The translations under genes were made by a program, and so were the position numbers. The notes beneath the pieces are model-generated. The model was not told the DNA's origin and made no database searches. It worked only from the letters and a program-made list of their open reading frames with translations. DNA of 32,000 bases, from contig NC_017180.1 in NCBI RefSeq assembly GCF_000175255.2, positions 480-32,479 on the forward strand, written 5' to 3'. Each line of letters starts with the position of its first letter. The stretch's first letter is position 1. The DNA comes from Zymomonas mobilis subsp. mobilis ATCC 10988. GTDB lineage: Bacteria > Pseudomonadota > Alphaproteobacteria > Sphingomonadales > Sphingomonadaceae. Positions 9,880-19,166 of this stretch are shown piece after piece.

Positions 9880-10104
9880 ATGTTGGCAATTCGTTTACCA
9901 GAAGAAATTGAAGATCGTCTCAGCCAGCTAGCGAAGGCGACCGGCCGGACCAAAACCTTTTATGCCAGAGAAGCTATACTTCAACATTTGGAAGAGCTGG
10001 AAGATACTTATCTTGCAGAGGCGCGTGCCATCAAAATTCGTTCAGGGAAGACTAAAACTGTTTCTTTAGAAAATGTCATGGCTGAATATGGCTTGGAAAA
10101 TTGA
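9880..10104 (+). CDS. relB: RelB-like ribbon-helix-helix antitoxin
   Basis: [74 protein letters not shown]. The ORF-track start at 9718 runs through upstream IS-remnant sequence, so 9880 is the plausible start. Confidence 0.85.
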   Translation: MLAIRLPEEIEDRLSQLAKATGRTKTFYAREAILQHLEELEDTYLAEARAIKIRSGKTKTVSLENVMAEYGLEN

Positions 10105-10372
10105 GTTCGATCCAGCCGCTCAAAAAGAGTTAAAAAAATTAGGAACGCAGCCAGCTAAGCGCATCTTAAAATTTTTATCCGAACGTTTGGCTTCAACCGA
10201 TAATCCAAGATCATTAGGTGCTGCTTTAAAGGGGAGCGCTCTAGGCAGCTTATGGAAATATAGGATTGGTGATTATCGCGTCATTGTCGATATTGAAGAT
10301 AAGATGCTGCGTATTTTGGTTGTCAGAATTGGCAACAGAAGAGAAATCTATAAAAAAGTTGTGCGGCACTGA
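10088..10372 (+). CDS. relE: RelE/ParE-superfamily mRNA interferase toxin
   Basis: [34 protein letters not shown]...[42 protein letters not shown]. Overlaps the antitoxin gene. Confidence 0.9.
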   Translation: MAWKIEFDPAAQKELKKLGTQPAKRILKFLSERLASTDNPRSLGAALKGSALGSLWKYRIGDYRVIVDIEDKMLRILVVRIGNRREIYKKVVRH

Positions 10373-10468
10373 TTGATATAACATACAGATAAATAAACGT
10401 TTTTTATATTAATCTATAATGATAGCTTAATATCTATATATCATTATATATAGATATCATACAAAGGT

Positions 10469-11107
10469 GTGCAGATGATTTATGGTGTCGTCAATACAAA
10501 GGGTGGCGTTGGCAAAACGACGATAGCTGTCCATCTTGCGGCCTATCTTAGTACCAAAGGAAAAACCCTGCTTATTGATGGAGATCCTCAAGCCAGTTCA
10601 GCTAGTTGGGCTGCATGGCGGCGAGATAGTGACCAGAAATATCCATTCAATCCAACAACAACCTGTCTTACTGGCAAAGCGATTTATAGCGAAGGTCGCG
10701 ACTTATCTTCTGGTTTTATGAATACCGTTATCGATGCCGGAGGGCGTGATACATCCGGATTAAGATCGACATTGCTGTTATGTCAGAAAGCTATCGTTCC
10801 GGTTGGTGCCTCTAATATGGACGCGGCAGCCTTATCTGATCTGTTAGAGGTAATAGATATCGCTCGGGATTATAATTCCGACTTAACGATACATATCTTA
10901 CTTTCTCGGATTGACCCTAGAACCAAAGATTCTGCTGAAATGCTGGCCTTTCTAAAAGATCAAAATTTGACCGTGCTATCCAGTCAAATTTGTGAACGTG
11001 TGGCTTTCCGGCGTGCAATTGGTGAAGGCGCTACTGTGGCAGAAATAAAAAAAGATACTGCGGCTATCACTGAAATAACCCATTTTTTTGAAGAGATCAC
11101 AGCATGA
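10469..11107 (+). CDS. parA: Plasmid partition ATPase ParA (small, type Ib-like)
   Basis: [50 protein letters not shown]: deviant Walker [14 protein letters not shown] motif, 212 aa. Confidence 0.93.
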   Translation: MQMIYGVVNTKGGVGKTTIAVHLAAYLSTKGKTLLIDGDPQASSASWAAWRRDSDQKYPFNPTTTCLTGKAIYSEGRDLSSGFMNTVIDAGGRDTSGLRSTLLLCQKAIVPVGASNMDAAALSDLLEVIDIARDYNSDLTIHILLSRIDPRTKDSAEMLAFLKDQNLTVLSSQICERVAFRRAIGEGATVAEIKKDTAAITEITHFFEEITA

Positions 11108-11379
11108 ATAGAATGAAACGTAAACCCGATGTCAGCAAGTTTCACTTATCTAAAGACCCAGATGATTTTCTAAATGGAGCCATCGCGGATAAGGCTGAAA
11201 AGAAACAATCGAAAGTCGAAGTCAAGAAAACTGAAACGCAGCAGAAAATTTTTCGATTGCCCGTCGATGTTATTAATGCATTGAAATTACATGTTGCTCA
11301 TCAACAGGTCGAAACAGGGCAGAAAATAAGTGAAACGAAAATTGTTGAAAAGCTATTAAGAGAATATTTAAAATTATAG
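11104..11379 (+). CDS. Small partner of ParA (ParB/ParG-like ribbon-helix-helix centromere-binding protein)
   Basis: 91 aa, overlaps parA by 4 bp. Charged N-terminus, then an RHH-like [44 protein letters not shown]. Confidence 0.75.
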   Translation: MNRMKRKPDVSKFHLSKDPDDFLNGAIADKAEKKQSKVEVKKTETQQKIFRLPVDVINALKLHVAHQQVETGQKISETKIVEKLLREYLKL

Positions 11380-11452
11380 CATTATAGCATTATAGCATTA
11401 TAGCATTATAGCATTATAGCATTATAGCATTATAGCATTATAGCATTATAGC
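11373..11452. repeat. Ten perfect tandem copies of the 8-bp unit ATTATAGC, candidate centromere (parS/parC)
   Basis: Direct count: 80 bp = 10 x attatagc, starting inside the stop codon of the ParA partner gene. Confidence 0.9.
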
Positions 11453-12173
11453 ATTTACTAGAGGTGCGGCTAGAATTTTACACAACAGGTATTTTAACAC
11501 TTTAAAAATTTGGCTCCTCAATAATGATATAGCTTAATGCATGGCGCATCATTTTTCTGAAATCCAAAATCCTATCAATTTAACAGAAAACTAAGTAGAG
11601 ATGTCGCATATAAACAGCGCGAAAATGACATTCGATATCATCAATTTAATAAGAAATCAGATCTATATATATGGGTTAAAATGATAGTCATAGTTGCGAC
11701 TTAAAAATGATATCATGTTATAATGATATTTTGATAACATTATAGATTTATATATAAGTTGTATGACTAACACTGCTATCATATTGGTCAAAAATAACAG
11801 AATATAAGCCTTAATTAGATGATCGGCAGCTTAACGATTTGATGATCATTATTCCTAATATGATATCTATCGATCCCCCCCCATTTTGCTAAAAAATAGA
11901 CAATTTGCTTAAATGCGCTGCCTTGAGATGAAATGAGATGAGGGTTCCAGCTTGTTTTTAGCTATATGCCGCTTTATAAGGCTAAATACGGAGGATTTAG
12001 GGTATGTTTGAGCTGTATCGATTTGAGCAAAAATAGGGGGGCAAATTTACCGGGGGCTTTGGTTGGCATCGAACGCAAGGGGTCTAAAAAAACATTTCTG
12101 AAATAATGTTATAGAACTTAAAAAGAGTAAGTTGTTTACTCCCTTTTCTAACGGATACCTCTTTTAAGATTAC

Positions 12174-12320
12174 GCTGCCACTGCCCGCCGGACGGCATCT
12201 GGTTCTTTCCATAAAATCTTCAATAGCATCCTGATGGCAGGATCGAGAGCCACGCGTCCCTGTTCCCAATCCTGCCAAGTAGCGAGCGGTATGCCCATCA
12301 GATCAGCGGGACCTTTTCTA
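12174..12320 (-). pseudogene. C-terminal remnant of an XRE-type (BrnA/HigA-like) antitoxin
   Basis: The reverse strand reads ADLMGIPLATWQDWEQGRVALDPAIRMLLKILWKEPDAVRRAVAA*, resembling the LRDWEQ...DPAxxxLLxxI...P C-terminus of XRE antitoxins. No intact N-terminus. Confidence 0.65.
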
Positions 12321-12635
12321 GATTATACTCAAAGCGTGTTGGACAGTCTTAGTCGCCGGATATACATTGGAAAATGTTTCCTTATCTGTGCCGTCTACAT
12401 CTACCCGATGGAGAATATCTTACATCAATCGTATTCGATAGCCATTCTCGATCTACATGGTCGCCCAAATAATGGATATTTGGCTATTCACTAACTATTT
12501 TATTTTTAACTTATAAGAGACTACAATATTATTTTAATTAAACATAGTTACCAGATAATAGATGATAAAATACATCATTCAAATTATGGTACGATATATT
12601 ATAATATTGAGTGATATAAATAGGAAATATTATTT

Positions 12636-14234
12636 ATGCATCTACTAAGCGCTCATATTACTAATTTTCGCCGCTTTGCTGATTTAACTATCAAAGAAAT
12701 ACCTAAAACAGCAAAACTAGTAGTGTTGGCTGGACCGAATGGATCTGGTAAATCATCATTTTTTGATGCCCTTCTTCTTCGATATCGTCTTGACAGTCAT
12801 TTCGGTTGGAATGGCGATCAAAAATATTATAATCGACAACACAGTGAGACAGCTACTTGGGATAAGAGAATTACTGTTGAAACAGACTGTGGTAATACTT
12901 TGAATCGAGGTAACGTTTATGTTCGTACAGCCTATCGAAACGATCCAGATTTTCAAACAACGGGTCTAACACGCCAAGAGAATATCCTCGACAACCCTCC
13001 TCTTCATCGTATGATTGAAGCTGATGCTACTGTCAGTGTGAACTATCAGCGCTTGGCATCACAAGCAATGGAAGATGTTTTTCAAAAAGAATCTCCTACC
13101 ACAACTATAGGACAATTTCGTGAAAACTTAATAGGTAAGATCGGAGTATCATTGAATCGATTGTTCTTAGATCTGAATCTAATTAGTGTAGGTAATCCAG
13201 TAGATCATGGTACCTTTGAATTTAGCAAGGGGATGTCAAAGAAATTTGAATACAAAAACCTATCTGCTGGTGAAAAGGCTGCTTTTGATCTTATTCTTGA
13301 CCTTGTCGTTAAGCGAGATAGCTATAATAACGCAATATACTGTATCGATGAGCCTGAAACACATATGAATACACGGCTGCAGGCTGCTCTTCTCAAAGAA
13401 CTTGTTGAATTAATTCCAGATAACTCCCAGCTCTGGATCGCATCACACTCAATAGGAATGATGCGAAAAGCACGTGAAATGTATGATGCTGATCCTTCAT
13501 CTGTAGCGTTTATCGACTTCAGTGGAGTTGATTTAGACGAACCTGTCGTGCTGACACCAACAAAGCCAACACGCGCATTCTGGAGGAATGTTATGCATGT
13601 TGCGCTTGATGACCTAGCCGAACTAATCGCACCTAAGCAGGTCATCATTTGCGAAGGTAATCCATCTGGAAATGTGCCGCGAAAAAATTCAAATCATGAT
13701 GCTGAAATTTATGGAGCAATTTTTGCTGAAGAATTTCCTGATGCTACTTTTATTTCAGCCGGTAATTCGAAAGAGGTGCAGAATGATTTTATAGGTTTGG
13801 CCGCTGTATTACCGAAACTGGCTACGGGTATAGAAATTATCCGTCTTATAGATCGTGATGATTATACAATTGAAGATATTAACGATTTTAAAAATAAAGG
13901 TATCCAAGTATTAAGCCAACGCCATATTGAATCCTACCTTTATGATGACGAAGTGCTGATTGCTTTGTGTAACTCCGTTGAAAAACCTGAAAAGAGTGCT
14001 GATCTCATAGATGAAAAGAGAAAAATTATCGACGAGATAGTAAAAAATGGAGCTCTAAGTGATGATATAAAAAAAGCTGCCGGAAAATTATCTGTCAAGG
14101 CCAAGAAAATATTGGAGCTAAGACAAGCTGGGAATGACACCCCTGGCTTCGAGCGTAATACACTTTCAAAAATCATTAAACCAAATATGGGCATCTATAA
14201 AAAATTAAGATTTGATATATTTGGCTTGAGATGA
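12636..14234 (+). CDS. AAA ATPase (AAA_15/21, OLD/RecF-like) fused to a C-terminal TOPRIM/DUF4435-like domain; putative anti-phage defence protein
   Basis: 532 aa. ITNFRRFADLTI, Walker A LAGPNGSGKSSFFDALL, signature LSAGEKAAFDLILDL, Walker B AIYCIDEPETHMNTRL, LWIASHS. C-terminal half has KQVIICEGN...FISAGNSKEVQND...EIIRLIDRDD...RHIESYLYDDEVLIALC, matching the E...DxD TOPRIM pattern and DUF4435-like HIESYL. Confidence 0.85.
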   Translation: MHLLSAHITNFRRFADLTIKEIPKTAKLVVLAGPNGSGKSSFFDALLLRYRLDSHFGWNGDQKYYNRQHSETATWDKRITVETDCGNTLNRGNVYVRTAYRNDPDFQTTGLTRQENILDNPPLHRMIEADATVSVNYQRLASQAMEDVFQKESPTTTIGQFRENLIGKIGVSLNRLFLDLNLISVGNPVDHGTFEFSKGMSKKFEYKNLSAGEKAAFDLILDLVVKRDSYNNAIYCIDEPETHMNTRLQAALLKELVELIPDNSQLWIASHSIGMMRKAREMYDADPSSVAFIDFSGVDLDEPVVLTPTKPTRAFWRNVMHVALDDLAELIAPKQVIICEGNPSGNVPRKNSNHDAEIYGAIFAEEFPDATFISAGNSKEVQNDFIGLAAVLPKLATGIEIIRLIDRDDYTIEDINDFKNKGIQVLSQRHIESYLYDDEVLIALCNSVEKPEKSADLIDEKRKIIDEIVKNGALSDDIKKAAGKLSVKAKKILELRQAGNDTPGFERNTLSKIIKPNMGIYKKLRFDIFGLR

Positions 14235-14975
14235 CCTGTTAGCACTTGAATTTTAATTTATATTGTAGAGATAGACAGAAGAGACACGAATTTCCTTTTA
14301 CCGATGAAACCTAGTCAGTCTGGGTACACCCAGTTGGGAAAAACAGCTTTTGACAAGCGTGGATTCGACACCTTTAGGGATACTGATGTTGCCCCTTTAC
14401 CTAGTGAAAAGCAGATCATAGGTAGTCAAATATACGTCTACGTCGCAGGCCGCTTAAAATATCCCAGCGGGAATTCTCGCGGATGTTCCATTTATCTTTT
14501 TTAACGTTGGTTGATTAGGAGTAAGGCCGGAAAAAGTTAAATGCAGCTTTTTTGAATTACTTAGCTTTAATCAAGATTCTATACGTCAAATAATAGAATG
14601 GCTCATGAATAATGCAGCTTAAAATAAAAAAGAAGTAAGTTGTCATACCCTCTTTTCTAACGAGTAGTCTTTTAAGCCGCCACTGCTCGCCAGGCAGTGG
14701 CTGGACCAAAAACTGTATCTTCATCAGTGGTCGTAGTCAGTCGTTTACGGTCAACACGGCCACTATAAATACCTAAATCTTTAAACAAGGTGCCAGTATC
14801 TTTAAACACTTTTACTTTTCCTGATTACAATTCAATAATATATTTTTTGCTATTAGTGTTTTTTCTGGAAGAGATTAACGTTGCTCATTGGTGATTTTAT
14901 CCATAAGCAAGCGGATATCCTTCGAAAGACTAAAGTCCCTTTGTCCTAACGCTTATCAACTGGCCTATACCTTAA

Positions 14976-15257
14976 TCAAAACAACTCTGAATGAGATCCT
15001 AGCCGCACCAAATGAAGGGTGTATTCGTCAGGCTTCCGGTAAATTAAAAGCAAATTAGGCTTAATGTGACATTCCCGATGGTCATTCCAGTTTCCCGTCA
15101 ACGAATGATCCTTCAAACGAGGAGCTAGCATAACGTCACTGGCTAGATGGGTAACGACAGGAATAAAATATTTATCTAACTGCGGATCTGACTTTCGTTC
15201 TCTTTTGTAATCGCGTTTAAATTGAGATGTTCGCTCAATCATCCGCATGAAGGTCAT
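14976..15257 (-). CDS. yafQ: YafQ-family mRNA interferase toxin
   Basis: IERTSQFKRDYKRERK...FIPVVTHLASDVMLAPRLKDHSLTGNWNDHRECHIKPNLLLIYRKPDEYTLHLVRLGSHSELF. Overlaps the upstream antitoxin gene. Confidence 0.92.
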   Translation of the reverse strand: MTFMRMIERTSQFKRDYKRERKSDPQLDKYFIPVVTHLASDVMLAPRLKDHSLTGNWNDHRECHIKPNLLLIYRKPDEYTLHLVRLGSHSELF

Positions 15258-15498
15258 CCATCAGAGATTGAACACTGTCGAACTTTTTCATTTTACCGGC
15301 ACGCGCGTCTTTCATGGCAGCCAATGTCTTTTTGTTTGGAGTCAAAGGGTCAAAAGGCAGAGCTTTTTCTTGAACGACTTTTGTCAGCATCATGCGGACA
15401 GCATCAGATACCGTCAGACCAATGCTTTCTAATATAACAGCAGCCTCCTGTTTTATCTGTCCGTTAATGCGAGCCTGTACGAGCTGATTAGCTGCCAT
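15235..15498 (-). CDS. dinJ: RelB/DinJ-family antitoxin
   Basis: MAANQLVQARINGQIKQEAAVILESIGLTVSDAVRMMLTKVVQEKALPFD... is a typical DinJ N-terminus; operonic with the YafQ-like toxin. Confidence 0.92.
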   Translation of the reverse strand: MAANQLVQARINGQIKQEAAVILESIGLTVSDAVRMMLTKVVQEKALPFDPLTPNKKTLAAMKDARAGKMKKFDSVQSLMDDLHADD

Positions 15499-15673
15499 TA
15501 CTTCCTCCTATATGAATGACAATGTAATACATGTTATCATTTATATAGCTTTTTAGAAAGCATCATTCCTCTTTTAAAGCTGCATGTGCCGCAGTGAATA
15601 AAAACTTCCCCCTGTTGGAAAATAGCCAATATAGAATTGGGAATTGGCTATTCAGGGGGCCTGAATTTATGAT

Positions 15674-16126
15674 TTAACTGAGGAACATCCCTACTTCTTT
15701 TATGCCTTTAGGGAGATTCTTCGCCAAGCTGGATGCAATACGGTATTTAGAATCCCATGGGATATGGTCTTCCATGGGTGCTAAAAGCCCAATAAGTATT
15801 TTCTTAAGAGAAGATTCATCAGGTAAAAAAGTCTTACCGTTACAATCGAATGTCTGCGGTTTTTGGTAAACCTTACCAAGCAATTTCGGAGGGTTCTCTT
15901 CGAAAGCCTGTTCAACAAATTGTAGCCAAGATGGGACACTTTTCATGTGTCCCAGTTCCAAATAGGAAATCGACTGCTGTTTTAAGTCAATCTGAACATT
16001 GTTAGCTTTGGCAACCTGAGTAGCCTTTTCCGCCAGCACTCGCGTACTCCAGTCTCTCAACAGGCGTTCTTGGCGAACCCAGTTCCGGATGTAATCGATT
16101 TGGTCTGACTTTTTCATAACATGCAT
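15674..16126 (-). CDS. Putative helix-turn-helix (XRE-like) regulator
   Basis: 150 aa. RNWVRQERLLRDWSTRVLAEKATQVAKANNVQIDLKQQSISYLELGHMKSVPSWLQFVEQAF resembles an HTH_3 domain with a long insertion. Confidence 0.55.
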   Translation of the reverse strand: MHVMKKSDQIDYIRNWVRQERLLRDWSTRVLAEKATQVAKANNVQIDLKQQSISYLELGHMKSVPSWLQFVEQAFEENPPKLLGKVYQKPQTFDCNGKTFLPDESSLKKILIGLLAPMEDHIPWDSKYRIASSLAKNLPKGIKEVGMFLS

Positions 16127-16373
16127 GTTTTACAACCGCTTCAAAAGCGTTTGTTAATCAATGTATGTGTGACTGAATTGTTAATTTTTTATTTTTTTAC
16201 AAAATTCAATAATTAAATTGAAAAATACAAAATAATTACATATGAACAACAAATATAAGGTTACGACTCTAATTACGACTCTGTCAGTAGAGGCATTTTA
16301 GACAGCAATATGTATTATTTTTCAATAAAAATTTTACAAAGAATCTTTGTAGATTTTAATTGCGGGCAAGCTG

Positions 16374-16652
16374 ATGACAAATAAATCAGTTACATTGCAG
16401 GCTCATAAATTATCGGCAGATATTCCCTCAGGATATTGTCCTTATTGCGGCTCGCGCGTGCATGTCTTGTCTAGTCACATGCAATCGGATTTGATCCGAG
16501 ACAGTTATGTTGAATGTAATAACAAGCGGTGCGGTCACCGCTTTGTATTGCAGATTTCATTCATTCACACAGTTGAAGAGCCAAAGTTTTTTGAGATCTC
16601 GCTGAATCTTCCGAAATCTCCGAAATTAAAGGCGCGTCAAAATGACAATTAA
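16374..16652 (+). CDS. Small zinc-finger protein, Ogr/Delta-like
   Basis: CPYCGSRVHVLSSHMQSDLIRDSYVECNNKRCGHRFVLQISF: CxxC...CxxxxC with the Ogr/Delta spacing and the YxxCxNxxCGHxF pattern. Confidence 0.7.
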   Translation: MTNKSVTLQAHKLSADIPSGYCPYCGSRVHVLSSHMQSDLIRDSYVECNNKRCGHRFVLQISFIHTVEEPKFFEISLNLPKSPKLKARQNDN

Positions 16653-16959
16653 AACAGCCGAAAATATGCCTTCTGTGGTCGATGGCGAGATCAGCACATT
16701 CAAGCAGAAGATTAGTAACGCCATGTATCTTTATATGGGGCAGATGGAATGTGGCCTTCGCCTGTTGATGGATCGCTTGGAAGGTATTCGTCGGGCAGAA
16801 GAGACCCGCTCTTATGCTTTACTGGAAAATGTCTCAAAAGATGAATTCATAAGATTTAATACTGAAATATTAAGTCTTATCGAGGTGATTAAGCGTTCGG
16901 CAACTACGGCCAATGAAGGCTTGAATAGCTTTATCCAAAACTTTGGTTCGTCTTTATGA
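16642..16959 (+). CDS. Hypothetical protein, overlapping the Ogr-like gene
   Basis: 105 aa, 11-bp overlap with the upstream CDS. No recognisable family. Confidence 0.5.
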   Translation: MTIKTAENMPSVVDGEISTFKQKISNAMYLYMGQMECGLRLLMDRLEGIRRAEETRSYALLENVSKDEFIRFNTEILSLIEVIKRSATTANEGLNSFIQNFGSSL

Positions 16960-17083
16960 CCCATTGTTTTTTCAGCCTTTCCTATTTGGAAAAGACCTGT
17001 TCTGTTTCCGTCAGTTCTAACCTTGGGTTTCTGGCCGATGCCTATTCGGCAACCCCTCATCTTCTCATTGGAGAGACCGTCTT

Positions 17084-17335
17084 ATGAGTTCTATTCATGC
17101 GACCGAAGAGCTGACTGAAAAGCTCCAATCCATTATCAGCCTTGAAGAAGAAAAGGCGCGTTTGGATGACCAGATTGCCGAAGCCTATCGTGATCTGAAA
17201 GGTCAAAAATACGACATCAAGAAGGCGAAGTTTGCGGTTAGCCGTTCGCGGAAAGGTCATCCTGAAAACTCTATTCGTATTCTGATCAACCAGATCGTCA
17301 ATGATCGGGCGATGAGCCGGAAGCTTGTTCCGTGA
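17084..17335 (+). CDS. Small coiled-coil protein, GapR/DUF2312-like
   Basis: TEELTEKLQSIISLEEEKARLDDQIAEAYRDLKGQKYDIKKAKFAVSRSRK resembles the GapR core (IERLEEEKK...DIKDVYAEAKGNGFDVKALR). Confidence 0.5.
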   Translation: MSSIHATEELTEKLQSIISLEEEKARLDDQIAEAYRDLKGQKYDIKKAKFAVSRSRKGHPENSIRILINQIVNDRAMSRKLVP

Positions 17336-17441
17336 TCAGAACCGGCATCCCCTTTCTCTATCTCTCTATCTCAAATTCAGGCCTGCCACAGCGGAGAATC
17401 TTCGCTGTGGCTTTTTTGCGTCCAAGACCGGAGCCCGCACA

Positions 17442-19025
17442 ATGACCGCCTCTTCTTCATCATCTCATTTCGTGGCGTCATCTCCTATGTCTCCTTCACT
17501 TAATGCCGACTTGTCCTCTTCTGACTCTGCCTCTTCTGCGACCCTGTCGGACGCCTCTGTTCTTTCTTCAGAGCCTGTCTCTGTATCTTTTGAACAAATG
17601 ACGCCCACAACCAGTCCTTTTATCGACAGGCTAGGCCGTTTCAAGCGCGGCACCTATCGAATAATGTTGATAGAAACCGGCATGCCATATGACAGCGCAA
17701 AGATCATGGCGGATCAGGCCGCAGAACAGCATAAAATAGACCGCATATTCTCTAAATCAATGCCACTGGCCAATAGCGTCGCCCCCGAAATTCCGGCCTC
17801 AAATACCAATCTTGAGGTTACGGCCCCCGCATCAGAAGCGTTCGACGAAATCGAATATTTTGATCAGATGGTGTCTAGCGGGTGTGATCCTGAAACCGCT
17901 GCCGATATCGCCCGTAAAACGGCTGAGACCAGACGCAAAGACCCTCTCGAACGAGCCACCCGCTATAAAATCCGCCGTCGGACTCCTGATCCTGTGCATC
18001 GGGACTCTTATGAGGTTGGCGAGCGCGAGAAGTCGGTCTGGAAACCAGTCAATCCGCAAGAGATCGGTGCCTATCTGGAAGCGGTCGATCAATATTCGAT
18101 CAAAACCAAGGGCTTAAGCGATAAGGCCGTTCGTCTTCTAAAGATGCTGTTTCGGATGGTCGACTTTAAAACTGGCCGTCTGGAACCGACCCTTGATACT
18201 ATTTGCGATAGTGTCGGCTACGCCCGTGCGACGGTCGTCAAATTACTACGACAGCTACAGGATTTAGGCTTCATCCGCTGGATACGCCGGTCAATCAAGA
18301 TCAAGGCGGACGGCAAAGGTCCCCGCCGCAAGCAGACCAGTAACGCCTACGGCTTCTTGTCTCCCAAGGCTTGGCCAGAGTTGGCCAGACAGGTTTTCGA
18401 GCGCGTCATGCGCCGGAGAAATGCGCCTATTCCTGACGATATTGACCACGCCCAAGAGGCGGACAAAGCCGAAACCAAAGCCATAATCGAAAATCTTCCC
18501 CCTGTTGAATTCATGAAAGAAATATCGGGGGCAAAAGCGCCTAATGCGCTCACAGATTCATTGATAGAGCTTGCGAAATCTATCGAGCGGGCAGACCAAC
18601 GGGAACAAGAAGAACCGGCTAAGAAGGCTGCACAGGCCGATCAGGATGAGGTTAAAACATCTTCCCAAATACCTAAGGAGGATACCTCAAAAAAGCCCCA
18701 AATCTCGGACAATCAACGCGAGTTCAATTCTTATACTCTATCCTGTTATAGTTATTTATATAATAACGACGATCACAAATTTGAAACGACAGAAGAGAAT
18801 ATGGACTGTCTCGCTCCTGCTAACGCAGGCTCGACAGGCGTTGTTTTAGACACGAAACCTGAACCTGACCGCTTCACAAAAGAACTTCATACCCTGAACC
18901 TCCGGCATGATCAGGTAGCTGCTATCCTTCAACACAGGAACAAGCGGAAAGAACAGCGCATGATGCCCCTCTCACCAAAAGATATCGCCGACCTCCTCGT
19001 TAAAACCGGACAGATGCGCCCATGA
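17442..19025 (+). CDS. Putative plasmid replication initiator / winged-helix replication protein
   Basis: ISAYLE-like and winged-HTH segment: YSIKTKGLSDKAVRLLKMLFRMVDFKTGRLEPTLDTICDSVGYARATVVKLLRQLQDLGFIRWIRRSIK...QTSNAYGF. This resembles RepA-like HTH proteins on alphaproteobacterial plasmids. ATG at 17442 is preferred over the track start at 17325. Confidence 0.5.
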   Translation: MTASSSSSHFVASSPMSPSLNADLSSSDSASSATLSDASVLSSEPVSVSFEQMTPTTSPFIDRLGRFKRGTYRIMLIETGMPYDSAKIMADQAAEQHKIDRIFSKSMPLANSVAPEIPASNTNLEVTAPASEAFDEIEYFDQMVSSGCDPETAADIARKTAETRRKDPLERATRYKIRRRTPDPVHRDSYEVGEREKSVWKPVNPQEIGAYLEAVDQYSIKTKGLSDKAVRLLKMLFRMVDFKTGRLEPTLDTICDSVGYARATVVKLLRQLQDLGFIRWIRRSIKIKADGKGPRRKQTSNAYGFLSPKAWPELARQVFERVMRRRNAPIPDDIDHAQEADKAETKAIIENLPPVEFMKEISGAKAPNALTDSLIELAKSIERADQREQEEPAKKAAQADQDEVKTSSQIPKEDTSKKPQISDNQREFNSYTLSCYSYLYNNDDHKFETTEENMDCLAPANAGSTGVVLDTKPEPDRFTKELHTLNLRHDQVAAILQHRNKRKEQRMMPLSPKDIADLLVKTGQMRP

Positions 19026-19166
19026 CCCTGTCAGCTGTCATTCTGACAGATCACCGTCTGTTTATCCCTCCGGTGCTGTTCGCTTCGCTCACAGGCGCGG
19101 CGAGGAAGGAATTAGAGTTTTCGGGAGGCTATCAAATTTCTAACAATTCGCATTATCGAAATGTGC

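Noticed and set aside
11373-11452. Tandem array considered as a CRISPR
   Set aside because: The units are 8 bp, contiguous and without spacers, and no cas genes are present.
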